A stretch of 64,000 nt of DNA. Source: a virus. Taxonomy: Duplodnaviria > Caudoviricetes. A model generated the notes under the pieces. That model ran no database searches. It worked only from the letters and a program-made list of their open reading frames with translations, and had not been told where the DNA came from. The position numbers and the translations under genes were made by a program. Positions 9,711-19,341 of the stretch are shown in pieces. The stretch's first letter is position 1. Every line of letters starts with the position of its first letter. The stretch is taken from IMG/VR virus record IMGVR_UViG_3300014205_000170, positions 160,001 to 224,000 of that record; one strand, given 5' to 3'.

Positions 9711-10430
9711 TTATAAAGTCAATAATTGTCTAAGTGGCCACTTAACATATTTTTCAAATAAATGAACATTATATAAAGTCATTTGTCCATAATTTTTAGT
9801 TGATAATGGAAACTTCACTGAAGTCACTGTGTCTTTATCATTATAACAAAAATGCATATTACCAGTATTACTTATATAACAAGGTAATTCTCCTGCTTGA
9901 TAATTAAATTTTCTACAATTTATTCCATTCCAATGCCATTGCACTGAATCCTTCGTTATTTTAGAAGGCATATCATTAAAACTATGAAGTTGTCCTTTAC
10001 TATTTAGCCACTCCAAAGTGATATTTAACTCTTCTGCTGGTTTTGGGTCTTTAAAAAATCTGGAAACGTCTTGAGTTACTGTTACTCTATTGAAAAGATT
10101 ATTTTTACGATATGGCTCACCATGTTTATGCCATTCTATTTCTAACCACTTATAACTACCATATGTTATTCTAGATGGCATTCCATTAAAGCTATGAAGA
10201 CGACCATTTGCATCACCCCACTCTATTGAAACAAAAGAATGACCTCTAAAAATCATACCACCAAAATCATACTCTAGATGTTCAGCTTCTTCTTCAAAGT
10301 CAACATTAGGCTTTACGTGTTTTTCGAATAAAACATTTCTACTTTCATCACCTACTAGTTTTAGACTTTTAATTTTGTCAAATGCTCTATCAAGTAATCT
10401 TTGAACTTTTATATGTTTTGGTTCGCTCAC
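9711..10430 (-). CDS. Protein with LHSFNxMP beta-hairpin-type repeats and the RxVhhEK motif
   Basis: [11 protein letters not shown] and [11 protein letters not shown] repeats; RNVLFEK. Confidence 0.7.
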   Translation of the reverse strand: MSEPKHIKVQRLLDRAFDKIKSLKLVGDESRNVLFEKHVKPNVDFEEEAEHLEYDFGGMIFRGHSFVSIEWGDANGRLHSFNGMPSRITYGSYKWLEIEWHKHGEPYRKNNLFNRVTVTQDVSRFFKDPKPAEELNITLEWLNSKGQLHSFNDMPSKITKDSVQWHWNGINCRKFNYQAGELPCYISNTGNMHFCYNDKDTVTSVKFPLSTKNYGQMTLYNVHLFEKYVKWPLRQLLTL

Positions 10431-11575
10431 GAATGCAATTCATCATATTCTCTCATTCGAGAATATATGCCTTTTAAGTGTTCAGTATTTTTTTCATCTG
10501 GGATAGATAATTTTACCTTTTTAAGTTTAGAAATAATCTTTTTATCCGCTTCGGAAATGTTTTTTGGAATGAAAATATTAATAAATATAAGTTGGTCTCC
10601 ACGTTGTGTTGGATTATCAATTACCGGAATACCCTTTCCTTTTAAACGAAGAATTTTTCCAGTTTCAGTTCCTGGCTCTATTTTTATTTTAGCATTTCCA
10701 TCTGCTGTTTCGATTTCAATGGAATCATTCCCTAAAACAGCATCTAAATAACTAACAAATACATCTAAAAAAATATTGTGACCTTCTCGTTTTAATTTTG
10801 GATGTTCAATTTCAGTAATTTCAACAATAAGTTTTCCATTTTCTCCACCACCTTTAGCTTCACAACCTAAATTGCCAAAACTCATATTTATCCCTTGCAC
10901 AGCTCCTGCTGGTATATCAATTTCAACTTGTTCGCTATGTCCAACTAAACCATTACCTGCACAAGATGTACAAACATCTTTTATTGATTGCCCTGAACCA
11001 CTACATTTATCACATGTATGTTGAGTCATAACTACGCCCAACATCGTTTGTTGATGTGTGGTTATAACACCGGAACCTTGACAGTTGACACACATTACAA
11101 AAGAATCTTTATTTTTGGCACCACTACCAGAACATGTTTTACAATTAACTTCTCTTGGAAGAATAATTTTTTTATGTACACCCGTAATAGTTTCGTGAAT
11201 AGTTAAAGGTATTTTTACTCTTAAATCTTTTCCTTTATTTACTGCTTGACGTTGACGTTGTCTTCCATTAAAACCTCCTCCAAAATGTCCGCCAAATCCT
11301 CTAAAAAATTCAGCCATAATATCATCACCAAATCCCGTGTGGTTAAATCCTCCAAAATTATCTCCGCTTACTTCGCCTCTATCAAATTTAGCTTTTTTAT
11401 CTGGGTCGCTCAGTATTTCATACGCTTCAGCGATTTCTTTAAATTTTTCTTCTGCTTCTTTATTACCTGGATTTTTATCCGGATGATTTTGAAGAGCTAA
11501 TTTACGATATGCTTTTTTTATTTCTTCAGCAGAAGCATTCTTTTCAACGCCTAATATTTTATAGTACTCTTTCAT
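10427..11575 (-). CDS. dnaJ: Chaperone DnaJ
   Basis: J-domain with HPD, G/F-rich region, four CxxCxGxG repeats and C-terminal domain. Confidence 0.97.
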   Translation of the reverse strand: MKEYYKILGVEKNASAEEIKKAYRKLALQNHPDKNPGNKEAEEKFKEIAEAYEILSDPDKKAKFDRGEVSGDNFGGFNHTGFGDDIMAEFFRGFGGHFGGGFNGRQRQRQAVNKGKDLRVKIPLTIHETITGVHKKIILPREVNCKTCSGSGAKNKDSFVMCVNCQGSGVITTHQQTMLGVVMTQHTCDKCSGSGQSIKDVCTSCAGNGLVGHSEQVEIDIPAGAVQGINMSFGNLGCEAKGGGENGKLIVEITEIEHPKLKREGHNIFLDVFVSYLDAVLGNDSIEIETADGNAKIKIEPGTETGKILRLKGKGIPVIDNPTQRGDQLIFINIFIPKNISEADKKIISKLKKVKLSIPDEKNTEHLKGIYSRMREYDELHS

Positions 11576-11578
11576 GTT

Positions 11579-11884
11579 TTAATTTTTTCTATGATGTTGT
11601 TCATTTCTATCGTAAAAATCTGGTTCTTTCTTCTCAATCCATTTAATGAATTTTTGTATTTCTTCATGAGAACAAACTTTATTTGGGTCGTTATATTCTT
11701 TTTCTAATTCTTTTTCAGTCCATAAAGAATGAATTTTTCTATGACAAATTTTATGTAAAAACTCTGAATCTTTTCCACCTTTACATTTTGGTATAAAATG
11801 ATGTTTATCAATAGATGGACCCTTCCACATATCTCTATCGCAAATAGGACAAATACCTACAATTTCTATTTTTTCTTTTTTCAA
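11579..11884 (-). CDS. Small HNH-family protein
   Basis: CPICDR...HHFIPKCKGG...LHKICHRKIH. Confidence 0.85.
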   Translation of the reverse strand: MKKEKIEIVGICPICDRDMWKGPSIDKHHFIPKCKGGKDSEFLHKICHRKIHSLWTEKELEKEYNDPNKVCSHEEIQKFIKWIEKKEPDFYDRNEQHHRKN

Positions 11885-11906
11885 TTCAAACTATTTTAAA
11901 CGACAA

Positions 11907-11934
11907 AGCGAAATACTAAAGATAGTATTCCGCT
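11907..11934 (-). terminator. Hairpin, probable intrinsic terminator
   Basis: AGCGGAATACTA-TCTT-TAGTATTTCGCT on the minus strand, with a short T tract. Confidence 0.5.
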
Positions 11935-11971
11935 AGTCTAGGGTTTGCCCATCCTTTATTGTAAGCGCTCC

Positions 11972-12430
11972 TTACTCTTGTTCATAAACCATAGAACTGT
12001 TTATCATTATGATTTCATAATGACCTTTACTGTTCTTTACAAATTTATAGCTATAATTTTTATTTAAAAATTTAACTCCAATTTTTTCTTCTGCTTCATT
12101 AATGAAAGTTAATTCACATTCGCAATGAAATGTTTTTTCTTTCGAAACAATATTGCCCGATTTTAAAGTTCTAGTTTTAGAATCTCTACTACAAAGCAAT
12201 TGACCATTTTTTTCATAGATGTTGAACCTGTCGAAGATAAAAACACTGTCAGCTCTTGAAGGTATTCTTAAAAAATATTTTCCTAAAAATTTAGAATAAT
12301 CTTTTGGTAACTGCTTAACTTGAATTGATTGAATCGGTGGAGTTTTTACATCTGTTGATTCTTGTTGCGAGAAACAGCAGCTAGTAATTAGTAATAATGT
12401 AATCGTAATTAAATTTGTAAGGGTTTTCAT
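11972..12430 (-). CDS. Secreted hypothetical protein
   Basis: Signal-peptide-like N-terminus ending in FSQ. Confidence 0.7.
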   Translation of the reverse strand: MKTLTNLITITLLLITSCCFSQQESTDVKTPPIQSIQVKQLPKDYSKFLGKYFLRIPSRADSVFIFDRFNIYEKNGQLLCSRDSKTRTLKSGNIVSKEKTFHCECELTFINEAEEKIGVKFLNKNYSYKFVKNSKGHYEIIMINSSMVYEQE

Positions 12431-12442
12431 ATTATATTGTTT

Positions 12443-13138
12443 TTATTTTTGTCTTTTTTCTAAAGTTTCATCTATCAACCCAAATTCTTTCGCTTCAGTA
12501 GGAGTCATCCAATAATCTAATTTACACTTTTCTTTTATGATATCATAAGATTGACCAGATTTTGCAGATAAAATTTTATATAAAGATTGCTCTTCTTTCA
12601 TCATTTCTTCAAAATTTACAGCTATATCTGAACTTTTACCTTCCATACCGGTAGAAACTTGATGTATCATAGTTTTAGCGCTTTTTAAAGCATATCTCTT
12701 GCCTTTTGTACCACAAGCTAAAATTACAGCTCCCATACTTGCACACATCCCTATATTAACAACAGAAACATCTGGAGTAATATATTCCATAACATCAATT
12801 AGACTTTTACCAGCCACTGTGCTTCCACCTGGACTATTTAAATACATGATAATGTCTTTCTTAGAGTCTGTCATTTCTAAAAACAATAATTGCGCAATAG
12901 TAATGTTTGTTACTTCATCCATAACCGGATGACCAAAGAAAATAACTCTATCTTTTAAAAGTCGTGTGTATACATCATAACTAATCAAAGAACCATTAGA
13001 AGCTTCTTCTACAACAGAAGGGCTTATATTTACAGTATCTATTAATTTATTAGTTTGTTGTGAAATGATTTTGTAGTTGTAGCCAAGTTTTCTGGCATTA
13101 AATTCAAAATTTTGAATTAGAGAGTCTATTTGTTTCAT
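12443..13138 (-). CDS. clpP: ATP-dependent Clp protease proteolytic subunit
   Basis: DVYTRLLKDRVIF, YLNSPGG, catalytic CASMG, MIHQ, DYW. Start placed at MKQIDS, downstream of TACATTTG. Confidence 0.95.
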   Translation of the reverse strand: MKQIDSLIQNFEFNARKLGYNYKIISQQTNKLIDTVNISPSVVEEASNGSLISYDVYTRLLKDRVIFFGHPVMDEVTNITIAQLLFLEMTDSKKDIIMYLNSPGGSTVAGKSLIDVMEYITPDVSVVNIGMCASMGAVILACGTKGKRYALKSAKTMIHQVSTGMEGKSSDIAVNFEEMMKEEQSLYKILSAKSGQSYDIIKEKCKLDYWMTPTEAKEFGLIDETLEKRQK

Positions 13139-13194
13139 TGCTTTAATTTTTATTTCAAAGCAAATGTAACTAAAAATAGATAGCAACAAAAAAA

Positions 13195-13881
13195 TTACAG
13201 AGTTTTTTTCTGTAATTCTTCAATTTGTTTATTAACGCCTAATTTTTTTTGGTTTATTTCTACGTATACATTGTACAATCTATCCATTAACTCAGGCTGG
13301 TTAAGGGTAAGGAAGATTTTATCATTAAAAAAAGTAGGCATGTCAACTACACAGTTGTTCCTGTCTCTGTCCCAGAAATCGTTTAGACATACTGGTTTTA
13401 TAAGATGAACTCCTAGAATAAATGGTTTACCGTATTTGGTTTTAAGAAAAGTAACAAGATTCATTTCTGTAATTTTGTCAAATCTATAATATTGTCTAAC
13501 AATATCTTTAGTAGAATATTTTTCTATCATAACATCCCTTTTCCCATTCATTAGATATTCTCTGTATTTTAAAGAACATAATGGCAAATTAGATATCTCA
13601 GATAAAAAATATATAGCTACATGTGTTAGAGAACTATTGAAATCAAAATATTTAAGCTGTTTTTTCCCAAAAAATCCATATATTTTTCGAAAATCCGGAT
13701 ATACATTAGATTTAGAATCGTACTGACTTAACGTAACATAACTGAATATTTTGATAGATTTTAAAGAAGACTTAATTATAAAGCCATATAAAATTCCAGA
13801 CCATACTATACCAAATACAGTATAAACACCATTGGAAAATTTCCCTACTGAAAAACGAATTATTTTTTGCTGAAAAGACAT
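13195..13881 (-). CDS. Hypothetical protein between clpC and clpP, carrying the RxVhhEK motif
   Basis: 228 aa; RDVMIEK. Confidence 0.7.
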   Translation of the reverse strand: MSFQQKIIRFSVGKFSNGVYTVFGIVWSGILYGFIIKSSLKSIKIFSYVTLSQYDSKSNVYPDFRKIYGFFGKKQLKYFDFNSSLTHVAIYFLSEISNLPLCSLKYREYLMNGKRDVMIEKYSTKDIVRQYYRFDKITEMNLVTFLKTKYGKPFILGVHLIKPVCLNDFWDRDRNNCVVDMPTFFNDKIFLTLNQPELMDRLYNVYVEINQKKLGVNKQIEELQKKTL

Positions 13882-13887
13882 AAGAAA

Positions 13888-13911
13888 AAAACCTAGATTT
13901 CTCTAGGTTTC
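13888..13911 (-). terminator. Intrinsic terminator after clpC
   Basis: AAACCTAGA-loop-TCTAGGTTT inverted repeat followed by a T run on the minus strand. Confidence 0.65.
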
Positions 13912-13916
13912 TAAGT

Positions 13917-15938
13917 TTATTTTTTGGAGATTTTCACCTCTTGCTTATCATTGTCCCAATCAGCAATAATTGTGTCTCCGGCTTTAAATTTCTTCAACAA
14001 CAATTCTTTTGAAATAGGAGTTTGAATATATTTCGTTATCATACGTAGAATAGGTCTCGCACCAAATTCATCACTATAACCATCTTTTGCAATAATATCT
14101 TTTAAAGCATCACTAACTTCAAGTTTAAAATCTTGTTTTTCGATAAGTTTCGCGAAATTATTTAAATGAATATTTGTAATCTCTGCAACGTTTTCTTTTG
14201 TTAAACGATTAAAGAATACTTGTTCATCAAATCTGTTTAAAAGTTCAGGTTTAAAATATTTCTTCAACGCTTTCTTTACGATTGATTCAATATCAGGACC
14301 AGTGCCTTTTCCTAAGCCAAATCCAACTGAAGTCGTTTCAGACAATTCTTTAGTACCAACATTTGAAGTCATAATGATGATGGTGTTTTTAAAGTTTACA
14401 GTTAAACCTTTACCATCAGTCAATTTACCTTCATCCAAAATTTGTAAAAAGATGTTGTGTACAAGAGGATGTGCTTTTTCAATTTCATCAAATAAAACTA
14501 CACAATATGGTTTGTTTCTTACTTTCTCAGTAAGTTGTCCGCCTTCTTCATAACCAACATAACCCGGAGGTGAGCCTTTTAGTTGAGCAATAGTATGAGG
14601 CTCTGTAAACTCGCTCATATCAAATTTAATCATTGCATCTTCATCATTGAAAAGATATTCTGCTATTGCTTTTGCAAGCTCAGTTTTACCAATACCGGTA
14701 GAACCTAAGAACATCAAAGATGCTATTGGTTTTTTAGGACTATTAAGACCTGCGCGATTTCTTTGGATTGCTTCTGCAACTTTTAATACTGCTTCATTTT
14801 GTCCAACAACACGCTTCTGAAGTACTGATGGCATGTTAATCAATTTAACACCTTCATCTTCCGTGATTTTTGTTACAGGAACTCCTATCATTTTTGAAAC
14901 AACTTTTGCTACATCAGATTCTGTTACTGGGAAACGGTTGCTTTTCTCAGATTCTTCCCATTCTTTCTTTTTTAATTCAAGGTCTCTCTCACATTGTTTT
15001 TCTTTATCACGAATTTTTGCAGCCTTTTCGTATTGTTGAGCTTTGACAGCTTGGTCTTTTTCTTTCTTAATATTTTCAATTTCAGTTTCAAGCTCAAGAA
15101 TTTCAGGTGGAGTATTTAAGTTATCAATATGAATTCTCGAACCTACCTCATCAATAATATCAAAAGCTTTATCTGGAAAATATCTTCCGGTGATATATCT
15201 ATCAGCCAATTCAACAGCAGCATTAATTGCTTCTGGTAAAAACGTAACACCATGATGGTCTTCATACATACCTTTGGATTGTGTCACAATTTCTTTAGTT
15301 TCCTCCACTGTAGTTTCTTCAACCATTACTTTTTGGAAACGACGCTCCATAGCACCATCTTTTTCAATTGATGTTTTATACTCATCAAGTGTAGTGGCAC
15401 CAATTACTTGCATCATTCCTCTCGCAAGTGCCGGTTTAATCATATTAGAAGCATCTAAGCTTCCGGCAGCGTTACCAGCACCAATTAAAGTATGTAATTC
15501 ATCAATAAGAGCAATGATGTCAGGATTTTGTTCTAATTCATCTACAATAGCTTTCATTCTTTCCTCAAATTGACCACGGTACTTGGTACCAGCTACAATT
15601 AAAGAAAGGTCAATAGTATAAATCTTTTTGCCATGTAAAATCCTGCAAACATTTTTCTGAACAATTTTCATTGCAAGCCCCTCTGCGATAGCAGTTTTAC
15701 CAACTCCAGGATGACCGATTAATACTGGATTGTTTTTCTTTTTACGGCTTAAAATTTGAATAACGCGGTCAATTTCTTTTTCTCTACCAATTACAGCTTC
15801 TAATTTACCATCAGAAGCCATTTTTGTTAAATCTTTACCAAAATTATCCAACATAGGAGTTCTGGATTTTTCTTTTTTTCTTGTTGTATTTTGTTCTCCA
15901 CCAATATTTTGGTTTTCGTCTTCGATTTGTCCTGCCAT
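13917..15938 (-). CDS. clpC: ClpC-type AAA+ unfoldase lacking the N-terminal Clp-repeat domain
   Basis: Two Walker A motifs (GHPGVGKT, GSTGIGKT), pore loops KYRG and GYVG, UVR-like middle domain (YEKAAKIRD), VGF ClpP-docking loop. The protein starts just before AAA1. Confidence 0.92.
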   Translation of the reverse strand: MAGQIEDENQNIGGEQNTTRKKEKSRTPMLDNFGKDLTKMASDGKLEAVIGREKEIDRVIQILSRKKKNNPVLIGHPGVGKTAIAEGLAMKIVQKNVCRILHGKKIYTIDLSLIVAGTKYRGQFEERMKAIVDELEQNPDIIALIDELHTLIGAGNAAGSLDASNMIKPALARGMMQVIGATTLDEYKTSIEKDGAMERRFQKVMVEETTVEETKEIVTQSKGMYEDHHGVTFLPEAINAAVELADRYITGRYFPDKAFDIIDEVGSRIHIDNLNTPPEILELETEIENIKKEKDQAVKAQQYEKAAKIRDKEKQCERDLELKKKEWEESEKSNRFPVTESDVAKVVSKMIGVPVTKITEDEGVKLINMPSVLQKRVVGQNEAVLKVAEAIQRNRAGLNSPKKPIASLMFLGSTGIGKTELAKAIAEYLFNDEDAMIKFDMSEFTEPHTIAQLKGSPPGYVGYEEGGQLTEKVRNKPYCVVLFDEIEKAHPLVHNIFLQILDEGKLTDGKGLTVNFKNTIIIMTSNVGTKELSETTSVGFGLGKGTGPDIESIVKKALKKYFKPELLNRFDEQVFFNRLTKENVAEITNIHLNNFAKLIEKQDFKLEVSDALKDIIAKDGYSDEFGARPILRMITKYIQTPISKELLLKKFKAGDTIIADWDNDKQEVKISKK

Positions 15939-15973
15939 ATTAAGGTTATTTTGTGATTTTTATGTTTCTATTC

Positions 15974-16002
15974 TTTAACGAATTTATTTCGTTTTTGTTA
16001 CA
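15974..16002 (-). promoter_or_regulatory. ECF-sigma-type promoter TGTAAC-N16-CGTTAAA upstream of clpC
   Basis: One of nine sites with an exact 16-nt spacer. Confidence 0.7.
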
Positions 16003-16022
16003 TTTTTACTTATTTCAACATG

Positions 16023-16457
16023 TTAATTTTTACCAGTACTACCAAAACCACCGGCACCACGTTCAGTTTCTGCAAGTTGTTCCACAACAGTCCATTCAAT
16101 AGTTTCGTGTTTTGCAATAACCATTTGAGCTATTCTTTCACCATCCACAACTTCAAAATCTTCATTTGATAAGTTAATTAATAGTACCTGCACCTGTCCA
16201 GTATAAGAACTATCAATAGTGCCTGGCGAATTTAATACTGTAATCCCTTTTTTGAGGGCCAAACCGCTACGAGGACGAATTTGAGCTTCTGTTCCGGAAG
16301 GTAATTGAATAAATAACCCAGTAGGTACCAACGTTCTTTCTAAGGGTTTTAATACAATTGAAGCGTCTACATTAGCTCTTAAGTCCATTCCAGCATCACC
16401 TACTTTTGCATACTTAGGCAATTCGTGTTTTGATTTATTTATTATTGATATATTCAT
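16023..16457 (-). CDS. dut: Trimeric dUTPase
   Basis: [37 protein letters not shown]. Confidence 0.97.
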   Translation of the reverse strand: MNISIINKSKHELPKYAKVGDAGMDLRANVDASIVLKPLERTLVPTGLFIQLPSGTEAQIRPRSGLALKKGITVLNSPGTIDSSYTGQVQVLLINLSNEDFEVVDGERIAQMVIAKHETIEWTVVEQLAETERGAGGFGSTGKN

Positions 16458-16472
16458 GTTTCAAATTTATAT

Positions 16473-16781
16473 TTAATATTGTTTCAAAGCAAGTTTTTGA
16501 GACCATTCTATTATTTTCTTTTTATCAACACAATACGTGATTTTACCAGATTCTATAATAAGTCTTGGCAATTTTAAAGAAAGAATTCCAGAAGAACTTT
16601 TCATTATCACAATTCCGTTTTTATCATAAGCTTCAACCTCAATATCTTGATGCCAATACCTATATTTAATCTTTACGTTTTTGGTATTGCTCCAATAAAC
16701 ATTGGCGCAACGTTCCACACCGTTCCAGTCAACGTACACCATCCGGTTCAAAGAATCAAATTTTTTTATTGGATATTCCAT
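16473..16781 (-). CDS. Hypothetical protein
   Basis: 102 aa ORF in the operon. Confidence 0.6.
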   Translation of the reverse strand: MEYPIKKFDSLNRMVYVDWNGVERCANVYWSNTKNVKIKYRYWHQDIEVEAYDKNGIVIMKSSSGILSLKLPRLIIESGKITYCVDKKKIIEWSQKLALKQY

Positions 16782-16782
16782 T

Positions 16783-17535
16783 TTATTTAAGATTCCTTAC
16801 AAATTCACTCATTCCTACTTTTTGAATAAGTTTTGCATAAACGCGATGACGTTCTGATAGTTTTTCTTTACAAATATTAGTTGTAACCAAAAAACATTGC
16901 AACAATTCAATATCATCACTATATTTTTGTAATAATGTGTCAATTGATTTATTAATGGAATCATAATCTTTTTCTTTTTCAACTTTACTAATAAGTTGAT
17001 AAAATGATGCTGTATGTTTTTGTTTATCGTTATATTCTAATTGAAAAACATCTAAAATATCAGTCAAATTATTTTTTAAATCCCTTAATGTTTGAACTTG
17101 TATACCGGCTTCTTTTAAAAAATTAATCCCATCAACAGTTTTATAATCTTCTCCATATATGACTCTTTTAATGCCAGATTGGTAAATAAGTTTTGAGCAA
17201 TCTCTACAAGGACAACAGGTAATATACAAAGTAGCTCCGCTTGAGCTTTGTGTTGATTTTGTAATTTTAAGTATTGCATTGGCTTCTGCATGTAAAGTAT
17301 ACCAATGTGTGTGCGATTGTTCGTCTTCACATTGATTATCAAAACCAGATGGAGTTCCATTAAACCCATCAGAGATTATCATTCCATCCTTTACGATAAT
17401 AGCACCTACTTTTTTCTTATCACATAGCGATAATTCTGCCCAGCGTTTAGCAATATCCATATATGCTATATCGTATTGCCTTTTTCTGCTGTCTGATTTA
17501 GAATCGTAACTATCTGTCGTTTTATTCGTTTTCAT
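16783..17535 (-). CDS. dCMP deaminase (ComEB-like) with a C-terminal extension
   Basis: HAEANA and PCRDC zinc motifs; GFNGTPSG. Confidence 0.92.
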   Translation of the reverse strand: MKTNKTTDSYDSKSDSRKRQYDIAYMDIAKRWAELSLCDKKKVGAIIVKDGMIISDGFNGTPSGFDNQCEDEQSHTHWYTLHAEANAILKITKSTQSSSGATLYITCCPCRDCSKLIYQSGIKRVIYGEDYKTVDGINFLKEAGIQVQTLRDLKNNLTDILDVFQLEYNDKQKHTASFYQLISKVEKEKDYDSINKSIDTLLQKYSDDIELLQCFLVTTNICKEKLSERHRVYAKLIQKVGMSEFVRNLK

Positions 17536-17598
17536 ATTCTAGGAGCAAATTTAAAACAAAAAACTATCATTTTTACAAACAATTGTTATATTTCTATA

Positions 17599-18042
17599 AT
17601 GAAACGACTTATTTTAATAACATTTTTCTTATTTTCTTTTATAAGTTTTAAATGTTCAGTAAAAGATACCAGTAAACTATTTTTGAATATTCATTCTAAT
17701 ATTAAAGAAGAGCTTACAAGTAATTTATTTAAATCCTTTGTTGATAGAAAATTTGAAAACTTAATGATGTTTTTAAATTTAAATGTTGAATTCGTATTCA
17801 AAGACAAAAGTGGGGAAATCTATTATGATAGAGTTACAGACTTAGGAGCAATTAGTAATTTAAATCACATGTTTGGCAGTTCAACTTATGACCGCATCAA
17901 ACTTAAGATTGGAAAAAATGATAATGATGATGATACATTCTTAATTGAGATATTTTTTCTTGAAGGATATGAAACAGCAGATTTAAAAGTGTTTTTTGTT
18001 TTAAATAAAAACAATGCAATTAAAATCATTATCATAGAATAG
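17599..18042 (+). CDS. Secreted hypothetical protein
   Basis: Signal-peptide-like N-terminus; 147 aa. Confidence 0.6.
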   Translation: MKRLILITFFLFSFISFKCSVKDTSKLFLNIHSNIKEELTSNLFKSFVDRKFENLMMFLNLNVEFVFKDKSGEIYYDRVTDLGAISNLNHMFGSSTYDRIKLKIGKNDNDDDTFLIEIFFLEGYETADLKVFFVLNKNNAIKIIIIE

Positions 18043-18582
18043 TTATATTCTATGAGCAACTCCAGTTTTGGAATCTATATAAAATCCAACTCTATGAGCT
18101 TCGTTTCCAATTTTTTCCCCCTGTATAAATCTTTTTCGAACAAGTTCAATTGCATAAAAATTATTAAAAATACTCAAAAACTCTTCTTTATGACTTTCAG
18201 GTGTTGCGTATAACCTTCTTACTTTTTGAATGTTTTTAGAATTATTAAAGTGATTAAACAGAGCATCTACATCTAGATTAACAATAAATTCAAACCAAAA
18301 CAATTCTTCTTGACTCAAATGAATACTTACTGGATATATTTCTTTTATAGGTAAATTTAATAAACTTGAAACATTTAAAAAAGAACAATTCTTACTGTTG
18401 TGTATATTAATTTTCTTGATTTTAGCATTGATTGAATCAAAAATTCTAGACAAACCACCTTCGTCAATAAAATTGTTATTTGGTCTACTATGTAATACAG
18501 ATAATGCTGCATTGAAAGCGTGCTTAAAATAATAAGTCAAAAAAATGTCAACGAAAATATTTCGTACTAGTATTTCTCTCAT
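18043..18582 (-). CDS. Hypothetical protein
   Basis: 179 aa ORF. Confidence 0.6.
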   Translation of the reverse strand: MREILVRNIFVDIFLTYYFKHAFNAALSVLHSRPNNNFIDEGGLSRIFDSINAKIKKINIHNSKNCSFLNVSSLLNLPIKEIYPVSIHLSQEELFWFEFIVNLDVDALFNHFNNSKNIQKVRRLYATPESHKEEFLSIFNNFYAIELVRKRFIQGEKIGNEAHRVGFYIDSKTGVAHRI

Positions 18583-18591
18583 AAAGTTGTG

Positions 18592-19335
18592 TTAATTGTT
18601 TTTTGAATTATCCTTTATAATTCTAAATCTCAACAAAGGTTTACCATTAATAGTAATATCACCTTTTTCATTTTTATCGATTGTTTTTACAACAATCTTT
18701 TTGTTTTTAAATTTACCTCCAAGTACAGTATCTCCAATTTCAATTGGTATTTTAATTTCTTCATTTAAAATAGTTGACAAGAAAAGCTTTCGAACACTTT
18801 TTCTAATTTCCTGTAAAGTTGAGTCTTCAACATCATGCTTCATTTCAACAAACTCAATAATTGTCGGATTTAAAATAATAGCATGAATAACACCTTCATT
18901 CTTTGGAACGTAAATTACATCATAACCTAACTTAACCATATTTCTAACATAATTAGCCGGTTCATTTCTAAAAAATTCTATCCAAATTTGCAAAAACTGT
19001 TCATGTGGATTTTCGTTATGCTCAATTGTATTCTGTATGGCTTGTTTTAAGCCAATATTAGGATTTTCATCCCAGTTTTGAGCATGCATTTGCCAATCTG
19101 ATGATTGTTTTGCTAACCATTCCAATTGTTTAACAGGAGCTCTCTTTCCTTCTTTAACAGAAATAATTTTTTTAGGATTTAATTTAACTGTATAAACATA
19201 TTCTCCATATCGTCTTGCATCATCAAATGATGATGTAAAATAAATTCCTGGACCTTCTTGGTCATGAGCTTCTTTGCCTCCGACAAAATCATCTGTGAAT
19301 TTTTCTATTTTATGTTTTGAACCGTGGTAGAACAT
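18592..19335 (-). CDS. ADP-ribosyltransferase-like (ART-PolyVal-type) domain plus a C-terminal KOW/SH3-like domain
   Basis: FYHGS...F...EGPGIYFTSSFDDARRYG pattern; linker EIRKSVRKLFLSTILNEE. Confidence 0.65.
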   Translation of the reverse strand: MFYHGSKHKIEKFTDDFVGGKEAHDQEGPGIYFTSSFDDARRYGEYVYTVKLNPKKIISVKEGKRAPVKQLEWLAKQSSDWQMHAQNWDENPNIGLKQAIQNTIEHNENPHEQFLQIWIEFFRNEPANYVRNMVKLGYDVIYVPKNEGVIHAIILNPTIIEFVEMKHDVEDSTLQEIRKSVRKLFLSTILNEEIKIPIEIGDTVLGGKFKNKKIVVKTIDKNEKGDITINGKPLLRFRIIKDNSKNN

Positions 19336-19341
19336 TTTTAA

